Under the pieces are notes generated by a model that had not been told where the DNA came from, did not search any database, and saw only the letters and a list, made by a program, of their open reading frames with translations. This document shows positions 11,930-21,272 of a stretch of 64,000 nucleotides of DNA, one piece after another. The position numbers and the translations under genes are program-made. Location: the sequence record PQ464590.1; one strand, given 5' to 3'. The stretch's first letter is position 1. Each line of letters starts with the position of its first letter.

Positions 11930-12175
11930 TTAGTCTTCAGAACCAAAACGAATTCGTCTAAGTTCCTTGCGATTCTTTCTTGCTACTGTGCTTTGGTGTA
12001 AGCGAATACTGCGTTTCATGTCCTTTTCAACGTACCACGAATCTTCGGGTGCATTATAGTCACAATAACCTTCTTCTGTAATTGTACCCAAGAATGGTGA
12101 TTTCTTAGGAATTGCAGTCACTTTAGGTTCGCTCTTGAATTGGCCTTGAGCTAATTGTTCACGGAAACTAGTCAT
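11930..12175 (-). CDS. Hypothetical basic protein
   Basis: Start moved to MTSFRE (RBS GGAG). Confidence 0.65.
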   Translation of the reverse strand: MTSFREQLAQGQFKSEPKVTAIPKKSPFLGTITEEGYCDYNAPEDSWYVEKDMKRSIRLHQSTVARKNRKELRRIRFGSED

Positions 12176-12223
12176 AGTATTTCTCCCAAATATTATCGAA
12201 GAACTTGTGTTCTTCATATATAT

Positions 12224-12472
12224 TTATTTGCTGGAGTTCAGTACTTTTTGAATAACAGATTTTAGCTCAGCAGCAGGTAAAATGTCAAGTAGCTTATTCA
12301 GTACTGAATCATATTCCTCTTTACGCTCACGATACTTCGCAAGTAAATCTAAACGCTTTGTTACACGCTCTTGTACCTCACCTACGTTCGGTGTTTTAAA
12401 CTCAACACCTAAACGTTTTGCTAGTTCAGCAGCACGTGTAACACTCTTTTCGTGAAATTCTTGAATATTCAT
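12224..12472 (-). CDS. Hypothetical protein
   Basis: 82-aa ORF coupled to the upstream gene. Confidence 0.65.
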   Translation of the reverse strand: MNIQEFHEKSVTRAAELAKRLGVEFKTPNVGEVQERVTKRLDLLAKYRERKEEYDSVLNKLLDILPAAELKSVIQKVLNSSK

Positions 12473-12473
12473 A

Positions 12474-13157
12474 TTATCCTTGACGTTTTTTTAGTTCCGC
12501 AATGAATTCAGTACAGCCACCGATATACTCATCATCAATGAAAATTTGTGGAACCTGACGAACTGGACGACCACAAATTTCAGATAGTGCAGCACCATCG
12601 ATACCTGCTTCTTCTAAATCTACGAATTCCATTGGGATTGAGTTTTGTTCACAAACTTGTTTTGCGGTATCACACCATTTGCAGCCAGTCTTACGACCGT
12701 AAATTTTTACATCCATGTTATTTCCTTTTGTTTCTCGTTTTTTATCAAATTGTGTAACAGCTTTTATTATACTATTACACATACGTTCAGTCAAATATAG
12801 TTCACAGTCCTCAATATCAATGTATCTGAACTTGTCCAGTTCTGGACGAACATTCCCGTACTTATTAGTATAAGTACTGATACATTTCAACTCTTCGGCT
12901 TCTGGCTTATATTTAGCAGTGTAAAAGAACAGTACTAAACGCTTCCCTTTCCTGTATGATACTTCACCTATATAGAGTAGATCTCTTTCATCTATCTCAA
13001 AACCAGTTTCTTCATAACATTCACGAACAGCAGCCTCTTTGAACGTTTCGGAACCTTCCGTTTTGCCTTTCGGAAGATCCCAATGCTCTTGTCCTGTCGT
13101 GTGACCTACAAGTATCTGACCATCTCGATAAAAAATTATTCCGCATGTATAACGCAT
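12474..13157 (-). CDS. Nudix hydrolase (NudE-like) fused in frame to a glutaredoxin
   Basis: Nudix box PKGKTEGSETFKEAAVRECYEETG; C-terminal Grx with CKWC, VPQIF and IGG; internal RBS plus ATG (start 12716). Confidence 0.9.
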   Translation of the reverse strand: MRYTCGIIFYRDGQILVGHTTGQEHWDLPKGKTEGSETFKEAAVRECYEETGFEIDERDLLYIGEVSYRKGKRLVLFFYTAKYKPEAEELKCISTYTNKYGNVRPELDKFRYIDIEDCELYLTERMCNSIIKAVTQFDKKRETKGNNMDVKIYGRKTGCKWCDTAKQVCEQNSIPMEFVDLEEAGIDGAALSEICGRPVRQVPQIFIDDEYIGGCTEFIAELKKRQG

Positions 13158-13190
13158 ATATTTTTATCTCTTCAATTACCAGATACCTAT

Positions 13191-13220
13191 AATATATCAC
13201 TTTTTTTGAATCTATCCCAC
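13191..13220 (-). promoter_or_regulatory. Promoter of the NTGGGA-N18-TATAAT class (copy 1)
   Basis: GTGGGA-TAGATTCAAAAAAAGTGA-TATATT upstream of the Nudix-Grx gene. Confidence 0.55.
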
Positions 13221-13221
13221 T

Positions 13222-14325
13222 TTATTGGAAAATTTTCTGTACCTCAGCGACACGCTTACCCTTCACGAACTCGCGGATATCACTGGGCTGGAGTGCTCCA
13301 TCTTTCAGCATCTGTTCAATATCACCGATGACTGTGTTCTCGAAACGATCATACACCTTGATAATAAAATCTTCAAGATCTAGATCGATTTCTTTACGAA
13401 GGATAAAGTACTCAAGTACTTGGTACAGGAATTCTTCACCACCGTTGTTCTTCACATTCATCTCAGTAAGGATATTTACCATCTCTTCTGGGGTGCTGCG
13501 ACGGAAACCTTTGATACTATCTTTATGTTTCTGAATGAACTTATTGAATTTCACAAAGCGGGATGGAATCTTGGCTTGACCAAATACATTATCCTTTAGT
13601 TCCAGATTACCAATAAGTTCCGCCCAGATAAAGTACTCTTTATACATCTCTGTGCAGTTCTTACTCATATACTCAATTGGCTTGAAGTTTGGCTTATGAC
13701 CAGGAAGAAGAATATCCAATGCACCCCATTGATGCAGTTTCTTCAGAAAAATAACTGGGTTCTCTTCCGAGAATGCTTTCTCGAACTCTACATACACACG
13801 CTCTTTCGTTAGATGTGCCAAGTCACCACGCTCAATCATCGTGCGGACTAATTCTTCAGTACTTTCATGTACTTTAAAATCGTCATAACGAGCACGGAAA
13901 CGAGCAAGACGTAGTACCCGTACTGGGTCTTCTGCGAAGTGTTCAGATACATGACGAAGGATCTTGTTCTTTAGGTCTTCTTTGCCGTTGTACGGGTCCA
14001 CATGGACTTTTAGTTGTGGGTCGAATGCAATGGCGTTGATTGTTAGATCGCGTCTGTAAAGGTCTTGTGCGAGCGTTACGCCCTGTGTATTCGTTTCGAA
14101 ACCACTGTAACCCTCACCGACTTTACGTTCAGTACGGGCTAGTGCGTGCTCATTACCCTCTTTATCGATGTAAACAGGGAAGTCAGCACCAACTTGTTCG
14201 AATCCAATACTTTTCAAGTACTCGATATCACGCTTAGTTGCATTCACAAGTACATAATCTTTATCTTTTGGACGTTTACCCAAAAGTCTATCTCTAACGT
14301 AGCCACCTACCAAATATTTTTTCAT
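13222..14325 (-). CDS. cca: tRNA nucleotidyltransferase (CCA-adding enzyme)
   Basis: YLVGGYVRD, DKD, VGADFPV, EHALARTERK, DLYRRDLTINA and EDPVRVLRLARF. Confidence 0.95.
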   Translation of the reverse strand: MKKYLVGGYVRDRLLGKRPKDKDYVLVNATKRDIEYLKSIGFEQVGADFPVYIDKEGNEHALARTERKVGEGYSGFETNTQGVTLAQDLYRRDLTINAIAFDPQLKVHVDPYNGKEDLKNKILRHVSEHFAEDPVRVLRLARFRARYDDFKVHESTEELVRTMIERGDLAHLTKERVYVEFEKAFSEENPVIFLKKLHQWGALDILLPGHKPNFKPIEYMSKNCTEMYKEYFIWAELIGNLELKDNVFGQAKIPSRFVKFNKFIQKHKDSIKGFRRSTPEEMVNILTEMNVKNNGGEEFLYQVLEYFILRKEIDLDLEDFIIKVYDRFENTVIGDIEQMLKDGALQPSDIREFVKGKRVAEVQKIFQ

Positions 14326-14768
14326 TTCTCTTCTCCAAGATAATGTACATCATATAAATTACGGAAGTGCCGTAGTTTAATGTATAGTTTATAGTCGATG
14401 AAGTGCTCCAGTTCACCATAATTATGATAATCACGTTCATTAGTACCAGTAGGTATGTAATACGCTACTGACGGATCTTCATAGTACTTATGTGATAATC
14501 TAATTGCAGTGCTGTTAGGAGCTAACACTATACTACACAACTCATATATGGGATGTACTTTTGTACATTTTATAAAGACCAAATTACCTTTTTCGCTAAA
14601 AGTTACAATAGAGTATTGTGGTTGAACCGTTACTAATGGAGGACTATAATTCCCACCATCTGAAACTGTAACATCTTTACCAAATGTGTTGGTGTTATAA
14701 TACGAAGAACTAATATCAAGAGTCAATATCTTAGTACTGGTCAAGTACTGGTCAAGTTCATCCCACAT
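14322..14768 (-). CDS. Hypothetical protein, possible distant member of the EEEFFQ family
   Basis: 148-aa ORF at the end of the tandem array; motif degenerate. Confidence 0.65.
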   Translation of the reverse strand: MWDELDQYLTSTKILTLDISSSYYNTNTFGKDVTVSDGGNYSPPLVTVQPQYSIVTFSEKGNLVFIKCTKVHPIYELCSIVLAPNSTAIRLSHKYYEDPSVAYYIPTGTNERDYHNYGELEHFIDYKLYIKLRHFRNLYDVHYLGEEK

Positions 14769-15139
14769 TATAACCTCCCTTTTGTAAATGGAAGCTCAAA
14801 AAGCATACGTTGTTGGAATGTCACCATACGAACGTAATTGATGTAGTCCAAATCACCCACGTCATTAAGTAGTGAGTACTGGAAGAATTCTTCTTCCGTC
14901 TTTAACTCATATTTCTTATTGTGAATGTGGATGTTGTTGTAGTGGATTCCAATATTACCAATCACGATTAGTTCTTTTGTGTTTGCTATCTCTAAATCAA
15001 AAAATATTCCACCGTCGATGTTGATGTAATATGAACATTCCTCATCTGGTTTGACTAAAATGTACTTCTTGGCATTCTTCACCAGTTCTGGAGTACTCAT
15101 TTCAGTGATTTCTTTTAGGACATCGAATAGTATTGTCAT
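14768..15139 (-). CDS. EEEFFQ-motif paralogue
   Basis: KTEEEFFQYSLL. Confidence 0.75.
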   Translation of the reverse strand: MTILFDVLKEITEMSTPELVKNAKKYILVKPDEECSYYINIDGGIFFDLEIANTKELIVIGNIGIHYNNIHIHNKKYELKTEEEFFQYSLLNDVGDLDYINYVRMVTFQQRMLFELPFTKGRL

Positions 15140-15537
15140 TTGTAAACCACACAGTACCGTTCAACGACGGCATCAAACAACTGAGTTATCATGATGAATA
15201 GTTCCAGTGGGAACATTAACTCATGGATAGTACTTTGCTGAAAGTATTCTTCTTCAGTACCAATGTGTGGAACTTCAATACGTTCATCACTATAGGTTTT
15301 GCGAATGATAATGTTATCATACGTGATATCAATTGAATAATTGTTATCGTCATCAAAACTGTCATCAGGTTTTACAGTGACCATAATCGCACGATAGTCT
15401 TCTTTTGCCCATACGAACACGTTATTACTAATCCAACGTGCTCCACTGGCAGCACTTGTAACTTTGCGTAGTGTAGGACTGTTGATGCCATGACCAATCA
15501 TGGCTTTGTATTTGTCCAATAAGTGTTTTTTCATCAT
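15136..15537 (-). CDS. EEEFFQ-motif paralogue
   Basis: GTEEEYFQQSTI; start at the TAATG overlap. Confidence 0.75.
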   Translation of the reverse strand: MMKKHLLDKYKAMIGHGINSPTLRKVTSAASGARWISNNVFVWAKEDYRAIMVTVKPDDSFDDDNNYSIDITYDNIIIRKTYSDERIEVPHIGTEEEYFQQSTIHELMFPLELFIMITQLFDAVVERYCVVYK

Positions 15538-15656
15538 TACAAACCCAACCAATCAACTAAACGATCCACAAAGGATTTTGGCGATTCAATCTGCTCTTCT
15601 TCATCTGACCAATCACGGTCAGTAACGCCCCAATCTTCTTCGAGTACATAAATCAT
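15537..15656 (-). CDS. Small acidic protein, 39 aa (not in ORF track)
   Basis: RBS GAGG then ATG; MIYVLEEDWGVTDRDWSDEEEQIESPKSFVDRLVDWLGL. Confidence 0.6.
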   Translation of the reverse strand: MIYVLEEDWGVTDRDWSDEEEQIESPKSFVDRLVDWLGL

Positions 15657-15691
15657 AATTAGCCTCTTGTTATTTTCAGATTACAACAACA

Positions 15692-16072
15692 TCATTCTGT
15701 ACTAAAATGTTTGGTATTAATATACTGAAACAAACATTTAAAGTCATTGATGGTCTTCAAATCCAATTCGGAAATATTATATAAGGTACTGCATTGAAAA
15801 AATTCCTCTTCAGTACAGTCATATTTTAAGTACACATCATCTTCATCATTCTGTACTAATGAACTGAACAAAAATCCATCTTCTTGTAAAAGAATACTAC
15901 ACCAGTATGGGTTAGAGACTGGAATGTTAATTCTAAGCTGTTCTTCTATTAGAATTTCTTTTTCTGTACTATCAATGAACACATGCACGTTATTGAAATA
16001 ATTCCATGTATCATTTTCCACAGTATCTATCATTAGAATTAGATCACGTATTACAGTTTTCCACTCACACAT
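15692..16072 (-). CDS. EEEFFQ-motif paralogue
   Basis: CTEEEFFQCSTL; start moved to MCEWKT. Confidence 0.7.
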   Translation of the reverse strand: MCEWKTVIRDLILMIDTVENDTWNYFNNVHVFIDSTEKEILIEEQLRINIPVSNPYWCSILLQEDGFLFSSLVQNDEDDVYLKYDCTEEEFFQCSTLYNISELDLKTINDFKCLFQYINTKHFSTE

Positions 16073-16073
16073 A

Positions 16074-16430
16074 TTATAGATATCTCCCCTGTAAAATACG
16101 TAATTTCTTATATGAGTCATATGATAACTCAAGCACGTTATGAAGTAAAGAGAATTGGAAAAATTCTTCTTCCGATTCCATCCATCCATCTTTGTTCAGG
16201 TACGTTACGTTGGCAGAATTGAGCTTCGTGTAAATCATTACGAAGTCATTACGCATACAAATGGATTTTCCTGGGCTTCCGTAGTGAATGATTGATAATT
16301 CTGTTGCTAGACCACACCATGCATCAAGACGACACACAACTCGTGGTGACTCATCACCAATCTCAATGGTTGTATCTCGGTATACATCATCCATACGATA
16401 AACGAAGTCAATACTATCGTTGATATCCAT
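16074..16430 (-). CDS. EEEFFQ-motif paralogue
   Basis: ESEEEFFQFSLL. Confidence 0.75.
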   Translation of the reverse strand: MDINDSIDFVYRMDDVYRDTTIEIGDESPRVVCRLDAWCGLATELSIIHYGSPGKSICMRNDFVMIYTKLNSANVTYLNKDGWMESEEEFFQFSLLHNVLELSYDSYKKLRILQGRYL

Positions 16431-16438
16431 TAGTACTC

Positions 16439-16858
16439 CTAGAAATGAATAATTGGTAACAGTACTGTATGATAGAACTTGTATATTTTAGTGTAAAGTT
16501 CGTAGTCAACGCAGTTCAGGTCAATTAGAAGTGAATTTTGAAAGAATTCGTCCTCTCCAATCATATCATCAACTGGGCGAAGAATATAGTTTTGGATACC
16601 ACCAATATCCTCGATATACACACCACGCCAATCCATCATCAGCAAAGATCCAGATCTGTTACCACGATGTTCAACTACTTGTATCCACTTAAGGATATTC
16701 TTCTCCATGTAGATTCTACGCATCCAGTACAGTTTATCGGCAGATCTATTTGGATTTATTTCGGTATCATAGAAGTACTCGTAGTATGCACTATTCAGTA
16801 CTACATCGTTAAAATCAAAGTTCACCGTTTCTTCAATAAGTTCATAATAGTTTTTCAT
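16439..16858 (-). CDS. EEEFFQ-motif paralogue
   Basis: IGEDEFFQNSLL. Confidence 0.75.
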   Translation of the reverse strand: MKNYYELIEETVNFDFNDVVLNSAYYEYFYDTEINPNRSADKLYWMRRIYMEKNILKWIQVVEHRGNRSGSLLMMDWRGVYIEDIGGIQNYILRPVDDMIGEDEFFQNSLLIDLNCVDYELYTKIYKFYHTVLLPIIHF

Positions 16859-16870
16859 TGTTTCTCCAAT

Positions 16871-16897
16871 AAAAAAGGACAGCCACCTGGCTGCCCT
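16871..16897 (-). terminator. Intrinsic terminator after hpf
   Basis: GGGCAGCCA/TGGCTGTCC hairpin plus U-run. Confidence 0.75.
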
Positions 16898-16905
16898 ATT
16901 GTATC

Positions 16906-17220
16906 TTACTCGTTGTCTTCTGTCAAGTCGAAGTGAACTGGTTGGTTACGCTTACTTAGTGTAATGTTCTTGTCTTTCGAAAGTACAGTTTCAATTTTAT
17001 CGAATGCGTTAGTGATTGCGGTATACATATTCTCTGAATTTGCAGTGGCTGATTTACCACACACTACCAGTACAGCAGAGAATTGAGTTTTATGAAGTTT
17101 CTTCAAATGAACTTCAACACCCAACACACCAAACTTTTGAAGTTTATCTGCATGATGTTGAATATGTTGTTCAATTGCGTCGGTTACTTCGATGTTACCA
17201 TTGATATTAGTAGATACCAT
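16906..17220 (-). CDS. hpf: Ribosome hibernation promoting factor (S30AE/HPF/RaiA family)
   Basis: NIEVTDAIEQHIQHHADKLQKF and ATANSENMYTAITNAFDKIE. Confidence 0.85.
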   Translation of the reverse strand: MVSTNINGNIEVTDAIEQHIQHHADKLQKFGVLGVEVHLKKLHKTQFSAVLVVCGKSATANSENMYTAITNAFDKIETVLSKDKNITLSKRNQPVHFDLTEDNE

Positions 17221-17239
17221 ATTATCACCTCTTATGTTA

Positions 17240-18151
17240 TTACAAAGAACTCAGTAGTATGTTAGCACGGTTGCCAACTTGTTTGTACCACAAAGAATTT
17301 TGTATTTCTCTCTTGAACTTCTTTGGGTTATCACGTTTTACACTCTTCCATAATTGTTCAAATGTACTAAGTTTATCAACACCCATTGTGAACGCCATTT
17401 CGTATAGAACGCGTTGTTGTTCTACTGTCAGATTCACTGCTTGTTTCTTTTGCAGGAGCAGCACGAAATCATTATACGTACGCTTCATATCTTGAACCAG
17501 TAAATCATGTGCCTGACGCTGCGTAATACCATTGCGGTACTTAATTGCGTCAGAGTCTTTCTTTCCTAGATAGTGTCCGTAACCAATCGTATAATTTCCT
17601 TTGATATCCTTGTACGGATAGAATTTGGAATTCTTGTACGATGGTCCTGTCTTCCCCCCAAGGAGGCGACGTTTATTGTTAGCCTGGGCTTCTTTAGACC
17701 CTTCGGCTTCCTTGATGTGATTGATAATTTCAGCATCTAAAATACTGAAGTGTACAGTCACATCAGGTAATGTAACATGCATCAAATCATTATCATTCGG
17801 TACGTAGATTGGCACGGAAGTATGTAATGGAACAGTATTGTTTACCGTTTGAAGTACTGCCATATATGACTTAACCTCAACATTATACGGTGCTAACTTA
17901 TTCGCAATAATCCAGTAGCTTTCGCCAGCCTGTACTACGTACTGTTTTCTGCTCTCCAGTACAGTTGCCTTTTGTAGCGGCAATGTATGGTGCTTTTGAA
18001 TTTGATTTTGTACTACCGACTCTTTAAAGTCCGATGATGTAGTACGATCATTTTGATGTAAACCAACTAATCCAATAGCAGCGGCAAGCAACAGAAAACC
18101 TACTAATACAACTTTAGTACGTGTTTTGAGTTCTTGTATCGCTTTATGCAC
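17240..18151 (-). CDS. LysM-domain GH24 (T4-type) lysozyme with N-terminal transmembrane anchor
   Basis: TM VVLVGFLLLAAAIGLVGL; LysM YVVQAGESYWIIANK; catalytic-like EAEG...YKD...YTIGYGH; GTG start with AGGAGG. Confidence 0.85.
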   Translation of the reverse strand: MHKAIQELKTRTKVVLVGFLLLAAAIGLVGLHQNDRTTSSDFKESVVQNQIQKHHTLPLQKATVLESRKQYVVQAGESYWIIANKLAPYNVEVKSYMAVLQTVNNTVPLHTSVPIYVPNDNDLMHVTLPDVTVHFSILDAEIINHIKEAEGSKEAQANNKRRLLGGKTGPSYKNSKFYPYKDIKGNYTIGYGHYLGKKDSDAIKYRNGITQRQAHDLLVQDMKRTYNDFVLLLQKKQAVNLTVEQQRVLYEMAFTMGVDKLSTFEQLWKSVKRDNPKKFKREIQNSLWYKQVGNRANILLSSL

Positions 18152-18261
18152 AATTCCTCCTATTTGCTAATTATTGTGTAGCTTCAGCAACAGGAGTTCT
18201 AAGGCTCCGTTTGCACAAAGCCTCATTTGGACTTTCTACATAGCTCTAGTGAAACACTAGT

Positions 18262-18867
18262 CTATCTTGAAACATTGTATTTGTCAACCTCTAAGAAAGA
18301 TAATATCTTTTCAGAAGAGGTCAACATGATTGCACCTAACTCATCTGGATCACAGGTCTTGATTCCGTGCTCCATGAATGTATCAAAGTTTTCAATCATA
18401 TGAGATGGGACAGTGCATTCTACAATGTTACTATATTTAGGATTACGGAGAGTCTCAAGTATCTTTTCGCTAGGCAATCCCACACTGTTCCAACCATTCA
18501 GTACTGCACATTTCAACAAACCACGACAAACATGGAAACCTGCTGTCCTATCGTCGTACGATACACCGTCATCAAAATTTCGAACCCAAGCATTACACAT
18601 AGTGTGTCCTGGGTATCCCATTGGTTGATAACTAGTGGTCATTTGCATCACTTCGTACTTCGTCAGTTCTTGAAGTATAACAGCATCAGGTGAAGTTGTC
18701 ACTAAGTACTGAAGCTGGGTAGTCAAATATGACATAGCAGAATCATATGATGAAAAACTCAATCCGTTCCGTGTGGAATAGATTGGCATACCTGTCGGAT
18801 GGAATCCTTCAACTACAATGCACTTATCGTACACCACGTAGTATGTTGTTTTTTCATGATTTATCAT
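18262..18867 (-). CDS. Hypothetical protein
   Basis: 201-aa ORF. Confidence 0.7.
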   Translation of the reverse strand: MINHEKTTYYVVYDKCIVVEGFHPTGMPIYSTRNGLSFSSYDSAMSYLTTQLQYLVTTSPDAVILQELTKYEVMQMTTSYQPMGYPGHTMCNAWVRNFDDGVSYDDRTAGFHVCRGLLKCAVLNGWNSVGLPSEKILETLRNPKYSNIVECTVPSHMIENFDTFMEHGIKTCDPDELGAIMLTSSEKILSFLEVDKYNVSR

Positions 18868-19007
18868 ACTAATCCAAAGATTCCCAGTACTGAATATACA
18901 GTTAGTACAGTAATTACTGTACCAACAGATGTCAGTACTGGGTTTAGACGCATTGACGCTTTGTAATCAAGATACATAGCGAATGCACAATTGCGGATCA
19001 TTTTCAT
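18864..19007 (-). CDS. Small membrane protein, 47 aa (not in ORF track)
   Basis: RBS AGGG; MKMIRNCAFAMYLDYKASMRLNPVLTSVGTVITVLTVYSVLGIFGLV; ATGA overlap with the next gene. Confidence 0.6.
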   Translation of the reverse strand: MKMIRNCAFAMYLDYKASMRLNPVLTSVGTVITVLTVYSVLGIFGLV

Positions 19008-19018
19008 TTTTTATATCC

Positions 19019-19510
19019 CTATACTAGTCTCACTAGCTTTGCAATACTCTCCTTGCAATGGACACAAGTTTGAATTTCACGAATATCACTTTGTACGGCC
19101 AGGAAACTTACTGTTTCATAAAGATGAGGGCATTCTACTTCTTCACCATCATCGTATTTTTTCCATGCGAGGCGACGTAGATCATAGTCATCCATGAAGG
19201 TTTTGAATTGTGGTAACAGAACCTTTATTTCTTCACCGATGAGGTCAAACACTTCACGTGCAATGTGATTAGGATACCCAGTACTGACAACGTATGAAAA
19301 TTTATTACTTTCATCATTAGTGACGCACTCGTATTCCAAATCGTTTACCCCTACTTCTTCATATATTTCATGTGAAGAACGGTTGATGGCATCAACCATG
19401 ATACCATCAACTAACGCTTCCATTTCACGATAATCAGAACTAGGGATATCTTCATCGTAATTATTACCGTATATACCATCACGGAATTCGAATTCAAATA
19501 TCGCTTTCAC
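19019..19510 (-). CDS. Hypothetical acidic protein with C-terminal Cys motif
   Basis: GTG start with GAGG; CPH...CVHC. Confidence 0.7.
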   Translation of the reverse strand: MKAIFEFEFRDGIYGNNYDEDIPSSDYREMEALVDGIMVDAINRSSHEIYEEVGVNDLEYECVTNDESNKFSYVVSTGYPNHIAREVFDLIGEEIKVLLPQFKTFMDDYDLRRLAWKKYDDGEEVECPHLYETVSFLAVQSDIREIQTCVHCKESIAKLVRLV

Positions 19511-19520
19511 TTGTACCTCT

Positions 19521-19550
19521 ATTATATCACATTTTTGGGACGTATCCCAA
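19521..19550 (-). promoter_or_regulatory. Promoter of the NTGGGA-N18-TATAAT class (copy 2)
   Basis: TTGGGA-TACGTCCCAAAAATGTGA-TATAAT with perfect dyad TTGGGA/TCCCAA. Confidence 0.65.
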
Positions 19551-19551
19551 A

Positions 19552-20007
19552 TTATACGTACACAAATGACGTATCAATGAATTTCATACCTTCAGTACTG
19601 AATTCTTTGACTGGAGTCCACTTCTTGTTGTTCTGAAGCTTGAAGTACAGTGGTTCTTCATCATGACTTACACCGAAAATATTGAAGTTCGGTGCATAAT
19701 CACAGTACACATCAAGAGCAATATTTTGCTCATCAATTTCAAGACCAGAAGCTACACGGATTAGGCCGATGTAAGAAACCTCTGGGTACGGTGCTTTAGC
19801 ACTAACACGCTTCAGATCACCCTTCACTGTATCGTACATCATGAAGTGAAACTCTGGGTCACAGAATGACGTGTAATTATCGTACCGGATGTACAACCCG
19901 CGATCATGAAGGGCAGAAATGATTCCCCTTAGTTCTTGGTCATTCAAATCACCAGTATCTAAACGGTGAGTACTTAGTAAGTTCTTCAGTGATTCCTGTA
20001 CTGTCAT
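19552..20007 (-). CDS. Hypothetical protein
   Basis: 151-aa ORF. Confidence 0.7.
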   Translation of the reverse strand: MTVQESLKNLLSTHRLDTGDLNDQELRGIISALHDRGLYIRYDNYTSFCDPEFHFMMYDTVKGDLKRVSAKAPYPEVSYIGLIRVASGLEIDEQNIALDVYCDYAPNFNIFGVSHDEEPLYFKLQNNKKWTPVKEFSTEGMKFIDTSFVYV

Positions 20008-20009
20008 TA

Positions 20010-21263
20010 TTAGTCCTTCTCTTTGAGTAGGTATTTGTTGTTGATTACTTTGAAGCTGACGATACGACCATCAACCAAATCAACACTCTTGTACACGTCA
20101 CCTTCAGCCTGTGGTGCATTGATGGATTTATGCTCCGCACTCGCAAGTGCTGATTTGATGTCAGTGTGCACATCGAAGAACTTGATAATTTCGCCTTGTG
20201 GGGCTAGTTGCAAGTCTAGATCAGCCGCTACTTCTTGGAATTCTGCATCCGTCAGCAAAGTACGTTTGTCAATATCATAGATACGGAACGTGAATAGCTG
20301 GTGCTTGTCGAAACCTTCAATGTTACCCTGGATACCCGGACCCATTACTTCACTTTGAATAGCAAGCTGACGATCATTCTCAACACAGTACTCGTACAGG
20401 CGACGTGGGAGGTCAGTTTCTAGTACTGGAGTCCAGAAGTGAGAAGTTGGATCGTACTTCAGAGAGTGGTTACGAGAAGCAACAACAATCTGACCTTGTT
20501 CGTAGTTGAACGGATATGGTTTCACTTCAACTACTTTCAGTTCTTGGGCTTCTTCATCCCACTCTTTTACTTCATCATCCAGCTTGTGCAGGAAGAAGTC
20601 TGGGTTCATCAGGCACGCAATAGTGTGGCTTGAACCTTCCATTTTCAGAGACTTACGGAAAGCTACACCTTTCATGGTCTGGGAGAACTTGCCGAAGATG
20701 TTCTGTACACGGTCTTCGTCAGTCTTAGGAACCACGATAGGGAACTCACCACCAGTTTTAGCACGGGAACCTGCACCACCATTCTTCTCGGATGGACGCT
20801 CGTACTTGATTACATCGATGAAGTTCTCAATGCCGAAGCGAGAGTCTTCCAGCGATGCCAGTACTGCATCGCGTGCAGCGGACTGATAGCTATCAGGGTG
20901 ATTACCGTTAGCTTCGTCAATCGCTTCCCATGTGCTCTCAAACATCGTTACAGGCAGTGCTAGACCTTGGGAGATCACACCCCGCAGTTTGATGGTACGC
21001 AGACGGCAGCGTTCTTTACCTTCATCATCCAGCTTAGTACCGCGTGCCGCAAGGAATGCAAATTCTTTACGATTTGCTGGCACAAAGGAGTCGATTTCAA
21101 AGAAGACACATTTCTGGCCTACTTCAAATTCACCCTTCTTCACGACTACCTGCCAACCATCAACGGTAGCAGCTACGATTTGGTCTGCACCTTCGATTGC
21201 ATCAATTGCATCGATAGTACGTACGGTAACGAGTTTACGGCCTTCGGTTACTAGTTCGGTCAT
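20010..21263 (-). CDS. RNA ligase, Rnl2-like (DRB0094 family) with N-terminal OB-like domain
   Basis: RKLVTVRTI..I..IEGAD.I, VFFEIDS, motif I KMEGSS, IQSE.MGPGIQGN, EG.VYK and SFKVINNKYLL. Confidence 0.9.
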   Translation of the reverse strand: MTELVTEGRKLVTVRTIDAIDAIEGADQIVAATVDGWQVVVKKGEFEVGQKCVFFEIDSFVPANRKEFAFLAARGTKLDDEGKERCRLRTIKLRGVISQGLALPVTMFESTWEAIDEANGNHPDSYQSAARDAVLASLEDSRFGIENFIDVIKYERPSEKNGGAGSRAKTGGEFPIVVPKTDEDRVQNIFGKFSQTMKGVAFRKSLKMEGSSHTIACLMNPDFFLHKLDDEVKEWDEEAQELKVVEVKPYPFNYEQGQIVVASRNHSLKYDPTSHFWTPVLETDLPRRLYEYCVENDRQLAIQSEVMGPGIQGNIEGFDKHQLFTFRIYDIDKRTLLTDAEFQEVAADLDLQLAPQGEIIKFFDVHTDIKSALASAEHKSINAPQAEGDVYKSVDLVDGRIVSFKVINNKYLLKEKD

Positions 21264-21272
21264 TTTTATTCC

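Noticed and set aside
20010-21263. Higher GC in the RNA ligase and nadV genes as recent horizontal transfer
   Set aside because: Equally consistent with codon bias of highly expressed genes; no flanking mobility signals; not quantified.
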